Positions 19,365-29,407 of a stretch of 64,000 bases of DNA are shown here, piece after piece. The stretch is from the IMG/VR virus record IMGVR_UViG_3300042371_000472, positions 28,483 to 92,482 of that record; one strand, written 5' to 3'. Every line of letters starts with the position of its first letter. Within the stretch, counting starts at the first letter, position 1. The translations under genes and the position numbers were made by a program. This DNA is from a virus. The notes under the pieces were generated by a model, which had not been told where the DNA came from, did no database searches, and saw nothing but the letters and a program-made list of their open reading frames with translations.

Positions 19365-21643
19365 TGGCCCGTATATCTTTTACACTAAAAAGTAATGTTG
19401 GTAGTGCGGCAAGCACTACTGGTTCATTCCTTCAAGCCGCCTCAGTCAACTATGGGGCAGATAACCCATCAGCATTAAAGGCTGATGGTTATGTAACTAC
19501 GCCAACAAGTGTCCCCGGCTCTTTGTCATTCCTATCAGCGTCACCAACTGATTACGATAAGGTTTACTTATCTTGGGGTATTACGACGGCGTTGGCTACA
19601 GAAGTAGTTTCAACACCTGCTATTACAACTTTAGAATTGCGCTACTCCTTAATTGGTCCACCGCAAACTCTTGCTGAGGGCATAGAGTTTGCACAACCTA
19701 TTACAGCAGATAACAGTTCCTCTTCATTTACACATGTTGATTTGCCTAGCGGAAAATGGATTTATTACACGCTGTTTGCTAAGTACGAATCAACTGATAC
19801 CAGATCATGGTATGAACGAGTTGTCTCAACTGAGGTACTTGTACCTCAGGATTATGGTTACTCTAATAATCTATTCCGACGCATACCTTTACATTACCGA
19901 ATCCAAGATGAGCAAATTGGCTTAACTAATTTACTAATTCCCAAAAATGATCCTAATTATGACAAGATAGCAAGTCTACCTGAGTCTCTTAAAATAGCAG
20001 GACCACTACAACGGATGCTTGATGTATTTGGTTGGGAAATCAATGTCATCAAAACAATCATTGATTATGTGATGAAACAAAAAGACCCATTTGTTGCTAA
20101 CAGTGAGATGATTGAAAAACTGGCTGTAGAGGTTGGACTTCCTTTGTCTGTCGTTGACTTAGGCACTGCAAAACTGCGTGAGTTAATCGCTAACTTTACA
20201 TATCTAACGCAAAACGAAGGATTGCTGACTGGTGTAGAGGAGTACATTACGGCTATTACTGGGTGCCATACCGAGATTAATAATGCCCAGCCTGACCTAT
20301 TAACTAGTACTCATCATGCTATGACCTCGGCGTCAGTTACCACATCTGCATCAGTTGCACCAGCAACCAACCAATGGCTTTTGGAAAGTTCAGCGCACAC
20401 AATGACAGCCGCTAGTGCCTACACATATTCCGATATGTTCACAACACCAAAGGCTTTGGCGATTACTCACTCAAGTGGAGCCAGTGTTCAAATGGCTTGC
20501 TTGAAAGCAAAAGTACAAAATGTAAGCCAAGCAAGTCGTTTATACATGGACTTTGGCGCTACATACAACGGTTCAGGAGCAAGTGTTATTGGGTGTTGGC
20601 TGGGTGCATCAGTACTACCAGCGGCGTCAGTTTCTTACGCACCAGTTACTGGCGCTTCCACATCTCTTATTAACTTTATTACAACTACTACTAATAGTAG
20701 TACTAGCGTCTTTGAATGGCCCGTAGACTTTGGTGTATGTGGTGATGGGTCGTTAAGCACAACAGATATGTACTTGCATATTTGGATTGCCTCCCAATCC
20801 TCTAACACAGGGTCTTTATATCTTATTCCTAATAGAGTAACAACTTTAAATAGGTATCCGTATTACATAGATGTTTATTCGCGCAGGCTAAACCTCGTGC
20901 GCGATCCACAATTTACGATTACTCCAAGTACGGCACTACAGGCAACCAGCGCTTCTGCTTATTGGCGAGTCGCAACTACCTCGGGGTCAGTGTCATCCGT
21001 TATTGCGAACAAGGTGTTTACTGCAACACCGAGTACCTCAGCCTCAGTAACGCTATCTACAGATGTAAATAATGGTGGCACTATGCAATACACACCAATT
21101 AGCACTGACACTGATTACTTTTTGTCCATTGATGACTACAATGACAATATTGTTCAGGTAAGTGTAAAGAACTTAGATGGCTCAATTACCATAGCCTCAG
21201 CCACGACACCATACATACAAGACACTATTTCAGGTATAGCAAAACGCAAGTACTGGAAATTGGAGTTTGTTGACAATTACCCGTGGTACCCGCGTAACTC
21301 ATACTTATACCATCTAGAGATTACTGCCACGGCTACTGCGACAAGTCCATTAAAGGTAAGTCGCCCATTGTTTGAACCATCAGCACCTAATGCATACTTT
21401 GATGGTAACAGTGATAATGGTGGTTGGCTTGGTGGCTCAGAAACGCCTGGTGCGGCTGATTACCGCTGGGGACAGAGTACGGCTCACACAAAGTTCTCGT
21501 ACTACACCGCTGACTACCGACGAGTAGTTGAGGCAACTAAGAGAATGATTGAATACATGGTTCCTGTAACTGAAACAACCTATGCTCTTGCTAACCTGAG
21601 ATTCAACCGAATCCCGGGTTACACAGGAGCAACAGTATTGTGA
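19364..21643 (+). CDS. Baseplate wedge / tail-fiber attachment protein
   Basis: Follows baseplate J; LF.RIP..YR..D and PLQRML motifs (P2 gpI-like); C-terminal YFDG motif. Confidence 0.6.
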   Translation: MARISFTLKSNVGSAASTTGSFLQAASVNYGADNPSALKADGYVTTPTSVPGSLSFLSASPTDYDKVYLSWGITTALATEVVSTPAITTLELRYSLIGPPQTLAEGIEFAQPITADNSSSSFTHVDLPSGKWIYYTLFAKYESTDTRSWYERVVSTEVLVPQDYGYSNNLFRRIPLHYRIQDEQIGLTNLLIPKNDPNYDKIASLPESLKIAGPLQRMLDVFGWEINVIKTIIDYVMKQKDPFVANSEMIEKLAVEVGLPLSVVDLGTAKLRELIANFTYLTQNEGLLTGVEEYITAITGCHTEINNAQPDLLTSTHHAMTSASVTTSASVAPATNQWLLESSAHTMTAASAYTYSDMFTTPKALAITHSSGASVQMACLKAKVQNVSQASRLYMDFGATYNGSGASVIGCWLGASVLPAASVSYAPVTGASTSLINFITTTTNSSTSVFEWPVDFGVCGDGSLSTTDMYLHIWIASQSSNTGSLYLIPNRVTTLNRYPYYIDVYSRRLNLVRDPQFTITPSTALQATSASAYWRVATTSGSVSSVIANKVFTATPSTSASVTLSTDVNNGGTMQYTPISTDTDYFLSIDDYNDNIVQVSVKNLDGSITIASATTPYIQDTISGIAKRKYWKLEFVDNYPWYPRNSYLYHLEITATATATSPLKVSRPLFEPSAPNAYFDGNSDNGGWLGGSETPGAADYRWGQSTAHTKFSYYTADYRRVVEATKRMIEYMVPVTETTYALANLRFNRIPGYTGATVL

Positions 21644-21894
21644 CATTACTAATAGGCGGCTTAGCCGTTTATAAAATTATTCATATCATTACAAGTGCCT
21701 TGCCAAAGAAATTGAATGGCTGGGTCATTGTTTTGTCTGGGGCAATTCTGGGGATCATTATTTCTGTCTTCATATCTTCAGAGAATGTTGTGTTTAGTGG
21801 GTTGGCTATGGCTACAATTGCCAGTGCCACTCACTCGGTGTTGCGATTGATCACTCTCGTAGGTGACTCATCAATACGCCAGTCCTTCCAATAG
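21640..21894 (+). CDS. Small membrane protein (holin-like)
   Basis: 84 aa with 2-3 hydrophobic helices at the end of the tail module. Confidence 0.5.
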   Translation: MTLLIGGLAVYKIIHIITSALPKKLNGWVIVLSGAILGIIISVFISSENVVFSGLAMATIASATHSVLRLITLVGDSSIRQSFQ

Positions 21895-21903
21895 GAGAAC
21901 AAC

Positions 21904-22731
21904 ATGCCCACCAAGAAAGTTATTGGTGTTATCGGAAAAGGTAACGCCAGCCTCAACATCATTGAAGACTCATTGTCCGAACTGGTCAATGACAGTATCT
22001 TTGTCTTGCCGTGGTACGGCGGTAAGCCTGACGAAAGTCTTGACCGCGTCTACACCGCAATCATTGACTTCGGTCATGAGTACATCATGGTCGGTAACCG
22101 TATTCCGCGCTCAGTCTTAAAAGATGCCAAGGATTGGGAAGATACTGAGGATGCAAACTCCGCAGTACTCAATTATGTACAACGATTAGCGGGTGAGAAG
22201 TCATTGCTCGTTTTGTGGGATGACGCTCCTGAAACTGAAGACACATTGCTGAAGGCTCATGCCAGCGGTATCCGTTTGCTTGACCTCACAAATGCACTTG
22301 CGCCAATTGATGTCGTTGATGTGCGGGAAGTTGAAGAAATCACTGAAGTGCCCGCAGTTAAAACGGACCGAGAAGAAGCACTTGAGAAAGTCCTTAATGG
22401 AATTAAGGAGAAACAAATTGCTGAGGAATCTAAACCCGAGGCATTTACTGAAGAAGAATTGCGTATGCAACCAATTGCATCACTGCGCCGTCAGGCTAAA
22501 TTGCTTGGTATTGAAATTGAGAAAACTACGACCAAGGAACAACTCATTGGCATCCTGCTGAATGGCCTTGATGACATTGGGTTGGTTGAACCTGAGATCG
22601 TTAATGAAGCGACCGCTACCTCGGTAACTCTCCACCGCGCCGATGGCTCATCAGTTACCTACATGTTTGCCAGTGACAAGATTGAGCATGTGGAAAGTTT
22701 GCTGAGCGCAATACAACTCTTGGCAATGTAG
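21904..22731 (+). CDS. Hypothetical protein with Rho-N-like helical domain
   Basis: EELRMQPIASLRRQAKLLGIE....TKEQLI.IL resembles the Rho N-terminal/SAP-like fold; AGGAG RBS. Confidence 0.5.
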   Translation: MPTKKVIGVIGKGNASLNIIEDSLSELVNDSIFVLPWYGGKPDESLDRVYTAIIDFGHEYIMVGNRIPRSVLKDAKDWEDTEDANSAVLNYVQRLAGEKSLLVLWDDAPETEDTLLKAHASGIRLLDLTNALAPIDVVDVREVEEITEVPAVKTDREEALEKVLNGIKEKQIAEESKPEAFTEEELRMQPIASLRRQAKLLGIEIEKTTTKEQLIGILLNGLDDIGLVEPEIVNEATATSVTLHRADGSSVTYMFASDKIEHVESLLSAIQLLAM

Positions 22732-22760
22732 TCACATTCATTTCAAAATGTAGCCACAAT

Positions 22761-22793
22761 AAGAAACACCCCCTTTTGGGGGGTGTTTTTGTT
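22761..22793. terminator. Bidirectional intrinsic terminator
   Basis: AAACACCCCC-loop-GGGGGTGTTT flanked by A and T tracts, between convergent genes. Confidence 0.85.
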
Positions 22794-22795
22794 AT

Positions 22796-22909
22796 TCACT
22801 TCTTTTTAGCAGGAGACTTTTTGGCTGGTGCTTTCTTTGCTTTTGCTGGACCTTTTCCATATCCAGGGTCCTTCTTATCTTTGAGACCACATCCACATGC
22901 TGTACACAT
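22796..22909 (-). CDS. 37-aa Cys/Lys-rich peptide (MCTACGCGLKDKKDPGYGKGPAKAKKAPAKKSPAKKK)
   Basis: Translated by hand; GGAGG RBS upstream; CxxCxC plus PAKK histone-like tail. Confidence 0.65.
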   Translation of the reverse strand: MCTACGCGLKDKKDPGYGKGPAKAKKAPAKKSPAKKK

Positions 22910-22910
22910 A

Positions 22911-23078
22911 TTACTTTCCTCCCTTCTTAGACGCTTTCATATTGTCAATAAGGTTAGGGTAAGGACGACCTGCGGCTTTAGCAGAGGCTTTTGCCTTAGC
23001 CTTTTGTTCAGGGGTTAGTTTTTTATCTGACTTAGTTGGGTCTTTAGTTTCCCAAACTTTCTTTTTCTTCTCAGCCAT
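22911..23078 (-). CDS. 55-aa basic protein (MAEKKKVWE...AGRPYPNLIDNM)
   Basis: Translated by hand; tightly packed within the minus-strand operon. Confidence 0.65.
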   Translation of the reverse strand: MAEKKKKVWETKDPTKSDKKLTPEQKAKAKASAKAAGRPYPNLIDNMKASKKGGK

Positions 23079-23080
23079 GA

Positions 23081-23344
23081 TTACTTCTTTCCTCGGTTAC
23101 GGGCGCGATTCTTAGATGGGTCTTCCTTAACTAATTTGCCATCTTTGGTATGGGACAGATCATCTCCACCCTTACCCATGATTCCACGCTTACGACGCTC
23201 TTCTGAGAGTTCGCGGCGCTTCTCTTTCTGTTCGGGCTTAGCGTTAAATTTCTTATCTGTTTCAGCCTTCTTCTCCCGAGCCTCAGGATGATCTCGGTAA
23301 TACTTTGCTGTTCTCTTTGGGTTTTCTGTTTTACGGGGAGCCAT
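23081..23344 (-). CDS. Basic protein with degenerate HNH-like motif
   Basis: DLSHTKDG.LV.E.PSKNRARN; start 23344 coupled to the upstream stop. Confidence 0.55.
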   Translation of the reverse strand: MAPRKTENPKRTAKYYRDHPEAREKKAETDKKFNAKPEQKEKRRELSEERRKRGIMGKGGDDLSHTKDGKLVKEDPSKNRARNRGKK

Positions 23345-23634
23345 TACCATTTCACCTTGTCGGCCCAATAAGCCGCGCTCATCTTACCCCTAGCAATATT
23401 CTTACCGTGGCGAGCCTTAAACGATGCGCGCTTATCCTTCATGCGCTCAGACTCTCCTTCTTTGGGTTTTCCTGCTGTCTCAGCGCCCTGTTCACCAAAC
23501 CTAATCAACTTGACGGTCTCTCCTTGTTTTGCAAGGACCGCATGTGATTTGGTGGGATGATCAGGTGTCGCCTTCGGCTTGTTATAACCCGAGAAGGTTT
23601 CTCCACTGCGTGTGTATTTATTCTTTTCAACCAT
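23344..23634 (-). CDS. Basic hypothetical protein (DUF6321-like)
   Basis: KLIRFG.QG...KRASFKARH...SAAYWADKVKW. Confidence 0.6.
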   Translation of the reverse strand: MVEKNKYTRSGETFSGYNKPKATPDHPTKSHAVLAKQGETVKLIRFGEQGAETAGKPKEGESERMKDKRASFKARHGKNIARGKMSAAYWADKVKW

Positions 23635-23644
23635 GATGGTTACC

Positions 23645-24088
23645 TCACTTAACCGATGCTCGTAGTTGCCATGACCATTTCATTTGACTGTCAACCCTCT
23701 CGGATAAGAAGTTTGCAATACCCTGCTGGTCGGCTTTGTTTGCTTCTTTGAATGAGGCATTTAACTGAGCGATCAGTGCCTCGTTAGCCTTCAACAATGC
23801 CGTTGACATTGCCTTAGGATTCGGACTTACTTCTTTGAATTCAAGTGTCCGAAGATCAATAAACTTCTGAAGATTGAACGGCGCATAATCATCCAGTTTG
23901 CGGATGTTCTCAGCGACTGGGTCAATCATCGTGTAGGCATCTTCATAGATGTCTGAGAAGAGAGCGTGGTACTGACTAAAGTCAGCACCCTCAACATTCC
24001 AGTGGAATCCGTGCGCCATGAAGTAAAAGGTGACGATGTCGGATAGCAGAGTTTTGAGGGATTTGGTAAGGGCTGGGGCTGTCGCCAT
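23645..24088 (-). CDS. dps: Dps / ferritin-like DNA protection protein
   Basis: HGFHWNVEG.DF.QYH.LF..Y....D..AE.IR ferroxidase motif; KW.WQL.A terminus. Confidence 0.92.
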   Translation of the reverse strand: MATAPALTKSLKTLLSDIVTFYFMAHGFHWNVEGADFSQYHALFSDIYEDAYTMIDPVAENIRKLDDYAPFNLQKFIDLRTLEFKEVSPNPKAMSTALLKANEALIAQLNASFKEANKADQQGIANFLSERVDSQMKWSWQLRASVK

Positions 24089-24297
24089 GTGTGGACTCCT
24101 TGTATGGAATGGGGCGCTTATAGCATAACTCTACACTATAGCGCCCCATCCATAACCACCACGCCGGTGATAGGGCAGACCGGCGATCCCGAGGAGAACC
24201 ACCAACTCGGTGTCTAAATCATACAGAAAGAAATCAGTGTACGCAACACTTGTTTGGCGTTTCTTGTGTATGCTTTCCGACACCACAAGGAGCCACC

Positions 24298-25548
24298 ATG
24301 TCTAGAAAATTCAACGGACCATTTGCGGCGGTCCCAATATGGGCGATTGACTTGATCACTAAAAAGGGCACCCCAACACACTCGCACATCCTCATGTGCA
24401 TCATAAGGTTGACCCCATTTGAGGGTGCACCGATCATGACTACTGACGACATTTCCAACCTCTCAGGGGTGTCACCGTCTACAGTTAAGCGTTCAATTAA
24501 ATGGTTAGAATTGCACAAAGTTGTGACATCAACTGTGCTTTCAGCCAACCGCGGGAAGAGCATTGTCGTCAATTACCGCAGACCCAAAGGGGGGTTCACC
24601 AGTGACCTAGCACTGCGTAAAGGTGGGGTCACCAGTGACCTACCTACCCCCAAAGGGGGGGTCACCCATGACCTACCAGGGGGGTCACCCATGACACCCC
24701 CCCGAGGCTCTGAGCAGGGGGAACGCGTCTCTATAGATAGTACTCTAGAAATAGTACATAGGAAAATGTCTAACGACATTTTCCTATGTGGGCTTCGCCC
24801 GAAAAAACAACAAGGAGAATCCATGCCTACCTTTGGCGCTGACCCTGATGACGACCGACCGTGGGATGAAAACATCCTGCTTAAGAAGAATGCAAATGAA
24901 GTAACAGAAGTTTTAAACCATTTCAACCTAACCGCTAGAAAGGTTGGGGGAACCCCGACGACAGTCGCTGACACACCAGCGTTTCGCTCACAGGTCAAGC
25001 GTCTGATTAAGGCTGGGGTCAAGCCCCAAGAGTTGCAGAAGATGACCGATGAGTTCTTCACCCTGTCTCGGAATGTGGAGTCCCCCACCCCATGGAGAAC
25101 TTTCTGTTCCCGCGAGGTCCAAGAATCCATGATGTCCAAAATGGCTGGGGTCTCACAGAAATCCCCAATGCTCGGTTGGGTCTCCGACGACTTTGAACAT
25201 GGGGCTGACCTCCCGTGGGATGAAGCCATGAACGAAAAAATGAAGAGAGTCATTTGGAGGCGCGGGATGGATGTTGCCTACAGGTACCCCGAATTGCTGG
25301 TGGGTATCGCTGAAGTAACCTTTGAGGACATCTCAGTTTTTGATACTATGATCCAGTCGGCATCGTTCCTGATCACAAATTGCACGACAATGCTTGACAA
25401 CGATCTCGCTCCTGTGCGTAGTATCTTGACAGACGCAGGAATTGCCATCCCTGAAGATATTCTTGCCCGTAAGAACTTGCGTGAGTTAGCACCATCTCTC
25501 AAGCAAGCCGTAGTTAATTACCAACTCACAAGGAGAACCACAACATGA
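24298..25548 (+). CDS. Replication initiator protein (N-terminal winged HTH)
   Basis: ISNLSGVSPSTVKRSIKWLE HTH; internal iterons; directly upstream of a DnaC-like gene; AAGGAG RBS. Confidence 0.75.
   Translation: MSRKFNGPFAAVPIWAIDLITKKGTPTHSHILMCIIRLTPFEGAPIMTTDDISNLSGVSPSTVKRSIKWLELHKVVTSTVLSANRGKSIVVNYRRPKGGFTSDLALRKGGVTSDLPTPKGGVTHDLPGGSPMTPPRGSEQGERVSIDSTLEIVHRKMSNDIFLCGLRPKKQQGESMPTFGADPDDDRPWDENILLKKNANEVTEVLNHFNLTARKVGGTPTTVADTPAFRSQVKRLIKAGVKPQELQKMTDEFFTLSRNVESPTPWRTFCSREVQESMMSKMAGVSQKSPMLGWVSDDFEHGADLPWDEAMNEKMKRVIWRRGMDVAYRYPELLVGIAEVTFEDISVFDTMIQSASFLITNCTTMLDNDLAPVRSILTDAGIAIPEDILARKNLRELAPSLKQAVVNYQLTRRTTT
24589..24800. repeat. Putative replication origin: four iterons plus AT-rich inverted repeat
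   Basis: GGG(G/T)TCACC(AG/CA)TGAC at ~24592, 24625, 24658 and 24681; perfect 15-bp inverted repeat at 24756-24770 / 24775-24789. Confidence 0.75.
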
Positions 25549-26138
25549 TCTCAGCACCGCCGACCGACTGGAAATCTGCACGATGGTGGCAGAACCGACC
25601 GCTAGAGGAACGCCTTGAGTGGGCAAATTTCCCACCACGATGGAAGGGTGCTGAATACGATTCGTCGCTGGTATCAGACAAGACTTACCACGCCATTGCC
25701 AAGTTCATCAATGGTGAGTCCACTGGCTTGTTTCTGCATGGGCCAAGCGGTTCAGGAAAGACACCCATTGCTGTCGCCATCCTGAAAGACATCCTCAGAA
25801 CTAAGCCCATGTCAGGTCGGTTTATCACTGCCGAGCGTTATGTGGACATGCTCAAAGACCAGTTTGATCATGACAACGAACTTCCCGAGATGTACTCCAT
25901 GCCACACATCGTCAAGTACCTCAAGGGTGTTTTTGACATCGTTGTGCTTGATGCAGTTGGAGAAGAACGATCAACTGAATTCTCACAACATGAGGTCGGC
26001 AGTTTGTTACGCCGACGCAATGAAGACCTTCGTAAAACAATTATCACAACAAACCTGTCACCAACTGAATTCATTCGGCGGTACGGAGAGCGTGTTGCGA
26101 CAGTTCTTGAGGACATGACGATCAGCACGGTGTCCTGA
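25545..26138 (+). CDS. dnaC: DnaC/IstB-like helicase loader ATPase
   Basis: Walker A GPSGSGKT; VVLDAVGEE; TIITTNL. Confidence 0.85.
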   Translation: MISAPPTDWKSARWWQNRPLEERLEWANFPPRWKGAEYDSSLVSDKTYHAIAKFINGESTGLFLHGPSGSGKTPIAVAILKDILRTKPMSGRFITAERYVDMLKDQFDHDNELPEMYSMPHIVKYLKGVFDIVVLDAVGEERSTEFSQHEVGSLLRRRNEDLRKTIITTNLSPTEFIRRYGERVATVLEDMTISTVS

Positions 26139-26572
26139 TGCAGGGCAATGATCTAGCCCCATACGCACCGATACAGCAAGCAGTTTTGTTTGAGGGAGTC
26201 TTAGCAAGTTATCCAAAAGGTACAAAGTCAGTCCGCAATTGGTTTGCATCAAAAGCCAAAGACATGCCGACTTTGGTTAACACCATGAAACCAAATGAAC
26301 TACCGCTGAAGTCACTCAATGACTCAATCAACCGACGCGGTATCGGTACATTGGTTTACACATTCATGCCAGTTGAGGCAGTGCCCGAAATTGAACACTG
26401 GTTAATACGCAAGGGAGTTTCTACTTCGGTAGAGGCTTACCCTGATGTTGAAACATTGGCAGAAGACCTACGCTTCAACAGAAGTATTCATGTTATTTAT
26501 GTTGCCACCCAAGAACAGCAAGCAATCATTGGGATACGCGCTACAGTGCTTGGTTCCGAAAGAGCGTGGTAA
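26138..26572 (+). CDS. Degenerate HAD-like hypothetical protein
   Basis: VLFEGVLA resembles HAD motif I but lacks the catalytic Asp. Confidence 0.4.
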   Translation: MQGNDLAPYAPIQQAVLFEGVLASYPKGTKSVRNWFASKAKDMPTLVNTMKPNELPLKSLNDSINRRGIGTLVYTFMPVEAVPEIEHWLIRKGVSTSVEAYPDVETLAEDLRFNRSIHVIYVATQEQQAIIGIRATVLGSERAW

Positions 26573-26574
26573 TC

Positions 26575-27828
26575 ATGTCGTCACCCGAACATCTTCTAGT
26601 TTCAAAGATCATCCAAACTGCTGACATTGCGACGCCGTTAAAATCCGGGGTTAAGGAAGAACATTTCTCAGACACATGGCAAGGTGTGTGGCACTGGCTT
26701 ACAGGTTTTTACCGCGAGCACAATGCCGTACCGACAGCGCGTGTATTCAAGTCACAGTACGCCGACATCCAGTTGTACGATGCCGAGGCTGAAACATTCT
26801 CACGACTCATTGAGGAAATCTTTCAGGCACATACCCAGCACCGTTTGATTGAGGTCATTTCAACAACAATGCCGTTGTTGAATGTTGGTCGTACCAAAGA
26901 TGCCCTAGACACACTGACGGTCGGTATCCAAACAGCCGCAGTTGAAGTGTCCCGTATGCGGGACATTGACATCATTCAAAACTGGGAAACGCGCGTTATG
27001 CGCTACGAAGAAATGCGTAGCACACCAAACTCCCTACGCGGTATCCCGACAGGATTCTTTGGCTTAGACAGGATTACCTCAGGTCTCAGACCGCAACAGT
27101 TTGTTGTGTTCGTAGGTGAGCCTAAGCGTGGTAAGTCTTTGTTTGCTCTTATCATTGCAAACTCCTGCCACATCCACGGAAAGATTCCTATGTTCGTTTC
27201 TTTTGAAATGAGCATTGAGGAACAAGAAGCGCGTTACGACGCCATCATCTCTAAGACCCCGTTCAACAAGATTCTGCGTGGTGAACTAGACAACAAAGAA
27301 ATGGAACGCATTCGTCGCGCCCTCATGCAACGCAAGAACATGCAACCGTTTATTTTCAGCGAGGACACCTCATCACTTACGACCATCTCAGCCCTGACAG
27401 GCAAGGTCAAGGAGTACGCACCCGATCTGCTAATCGTTGACGGCGTGTACCTCATGGATGACGAGGAAGGTGAAGCCAAGGGAAGCCCTCAGGCACTTAC
27501 CAACATCACCCGTGGTCTAAAGCGCATGTCTCAAAAACTTGACATTCCTGTTGTAGCAACGACGCAGGCTCTTGGTTGGAAACTTGGCAACAAGAAGACG
27601 CGAGCAATTACTACCGACGCAATTGGTTACTCATCCTCGTTCGTGCAAGACGCAGACCTAGTGCTCGGCGTTGAGCGCAACCCCGACTTAGACGACCAAG
27701 CAATCATCCGAGTAGTCGCGGCTCGTTCAGCACCGACAGGTGAAGTACACATTAAGTGGGACTGGGAAAACATGGACTTCTCGGAGGTGACTGCGGATGG
27801 CTACGGTGTCGGAGACGCATTTGACTGA
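26575..27828 (+). CDS. dnaB: DnaB-like replicative helicase
   Basis: GIPTGF..LD..TSG, GEPKRGKS, FVSFEMS, LIVDGVYLM, QDADLV. Confidence 0.92.
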   Translation: MSSPEHLLVSKIIQTADIATPLKSGVKEEHFSDTWQGVWHWLTGFYREHNAVPTARVFKSQYADIQLYDAEAETFSRLIEEIFQAHTQHRLIEVISTTMPLLNVGRTKDALDTLTVGIQTAAVEVSRMRDIDIIQNWETRVMRYEEMRSTPNSLRGIPTGFFGLDRITSGLRPQQFVVFVGEPKRGKSLFALIIANSCHIHGKIPMFVSFEMSIEEQEARYDAIISKTPFNKILRGELDNKEMERIRRALMQRKNMQPFIFSEDTSSLTTISALTGKVKEYAPDLLIVDGVYLMDDEEGEAKGSPQALTNITRGLKRMSQKLDIPVVATTQALGWKLGNKKTRAITTDAIGYSSSFVQDADLVLGVERNPDLDDQAIIRVVAARSAPTGEVHIKWDWENMDFSEVTADGYGVGDAFD

Positions 27829-28714
27829 TCTTGGGAATGTTCTCAAGACACTCGGCGTAGATATTCGCCGTGCCGAAGGTAGGGAAATCTCAGGGCGTTG
27901 CCCAGTCCATAAGCGCGTGACGGGTCGTGAAGACGGTTCCCCATCGTGGAGCATGAGCGCCGAGACTGGTTTGTGGATTTGTTTCTCGTGCGGTGCCCGT
28001 GGGACATTGAGCATGCTGGTCTCAGAATTAACTGGCGAACCAGACGCAATTATGGCTGTCCATCACTTTTTGATTGATCGCAACTTAGAAAGACTTACTT
28101 CTGAGGTAGAAGTAGTTAAAAAGAAACCCGAAGTTGATTGGATTTCATTTTCAAAGTTTGGTTCCGCACCGGATTCAGAACTTAGGAAACGAGCGATTGA
28201 CCCTGATCAAGCCCGAATGTATGGTATCCGTTGGGATACAGAACGAGCCGCTTGGGTTATTCCCATCGTCAATCAGTTCGGTGATCTCCAAGGATGGCAG
28301 ACCAAGGCTCGTGATTGGGTACGCAACTTCCCAGTAGGTGTAAAGAAGTCTGAGAGCCTCTTTGGGATTGAACGCTTCAAGGGGGGCACAGCAATCTTGG
28401 TGGAATCCCCACTAGATGTTGTGCGCTTTGCCAGTGTCTTTGACAAGCCACAGGCATTAGCCACTTTCGGAGCGGCTGTTAGCACCAAACAAATCGCACT
28501 ACTAGCCTCAGTTGCTGACAAAGTCATCATTGCAATGGATAATGACGACGCTGGAAAACAATCTTCTAAAAAGTTCTTTAAATCACTGCCTTACTTCCGC
28601 AAAGGTGTATGGTGGTGGGATTATTCAGGTACTACTGCCAAAGACATTGGCGACATGACCAACGACGAAATAGAACTTGGACTACTAAATTCTTCACAGA
28701 TGCCGAATTGGTAA
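27797..28714 (+). CDS. DNA primase (Zn finger + TOPRIM)
   Basis: CPVH...CFSCG zinc finger; ILVESPLD, MDNDDAG, KDIGD. Confidence 0.9.
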   Translation: MATVSETHLTDLGNVLKTLGVDIRRAEGREISGRCPVHKRVTGREDGSPSWSMSAETGLWICFSCGARGTLSMLVSELTGEPDAIMAVHHFLIDRNLERLTSEVEVVKKKPEVDWISFSKFGSAPDSELRKRAIDPDQARMYGIRWDTERAAWVIPIVNQFGDLQGWQTKARDWVRNFPVGVKKSESLFGIERFKGGTAILVESPLDVVRFASVFDKPQALATFGAAVSTKQIALLASVADKVIIAMDNDDAGKQSSKKFFKSLPYFRKGVWWWDYSGTTAKDIGDMTNDEIELGLLNSSQMPNW

Positions 28715-28754
28715 TCTGTGCTGTTATATTGACAAACCAACCAAGGAGGACCAA

Positions 28755-29189
28755 ATGCCCAAAATTATTAGACAAGAACCAGCACCGTCTGAGGACAACT
28801 ACATCCACAGGCTTACCGAGGAATACCTCAAGGCAAAGACCTTCAGTGATTTAGCCACTGCCCGTACCGAAGAATTCAAAAAAGAGTTGTCAGCGTTAGT
28901 TGATGCCGAAGGTTATGCCGACCACAAGGGAAGCAAGTGGATTGAGACCAAGGGCGGTATCCAGTTAAAGCGTGAGCGCCGTGTCTCAGTTTCGCTCAAT
29001 CATGAGTCTGCTCGTGCATGGGCTGAGAAGAATGACCTATGGGATCAGATATCTGTTACCGTACAGATGCTTGACGAAGACGCCCTCGCCACAGTGGCTT
29101 GGGAACACCCACAACTGCAATCAGAAATCCAGGAACTGTACTCCGAAAAGGAATCGTGGGCTTTTAAGGTTATTGAACCTAAAAAGTAA
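28755..29189 (+). CDS. Hypothetical protein (Gam/gp157-like helical phage protein)
   Basis: Strong AAGGAGG RBS; coiled coil followed by ERRVS.SL; fold guess is weak. Confidence 0.5.
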   Translation: MPKIIRQEPAPSEDNYIHRLTEEYLKAKTFSDLATARTEEFKKELSALVDAEGYADHKGSKWIETKGGIQLKRERRVSVSLNHESARAWAEKNDLWDQISVTVQMLDEDALATVAWEHPQLQSEIQELYSEKESWAFKVIEPKK

Positions 29190-29222
29190 TACATGATAAC
29201 CTTAAACCAAAGGGAGGCAGTC

Positions 29223-29405
29223 ATGTCTAAGTCAATAACCGATCAAGTACCTCCCGGGAGATGGGAATGTCCGAAATGTGGCTCTCTACTGGAGACAATG
29301 ATCCCAACGAACGGACCCCCTCTGTGTTCCCGACACACTGGTGGCGCCGTTCCGTTCGTAGCGACAACGAAGAAACCTGCGAAGGAGACTCCGAGTTCAT
29401 CCTGA
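29223..29405 (+). CDS. Small zinc-ribbon protein
   Basis: CPKC...CSRH; GGGAGG RBS. Confidence 0.55.
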   Translation: MSKSITDQVPPGRWECPKCGSLLETMIPTNGPPLCSRHTGGAVPFVATTKKPAKETPSSS

Positions 29406-29407
29406 CC

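Noticed and set aside
8248-21643. Bacterial extracellular contractile injection system or tailocin
   Set aside because: It is contiguous with portal, scaffold, capsid and a full replisome, so it is a phage tail.
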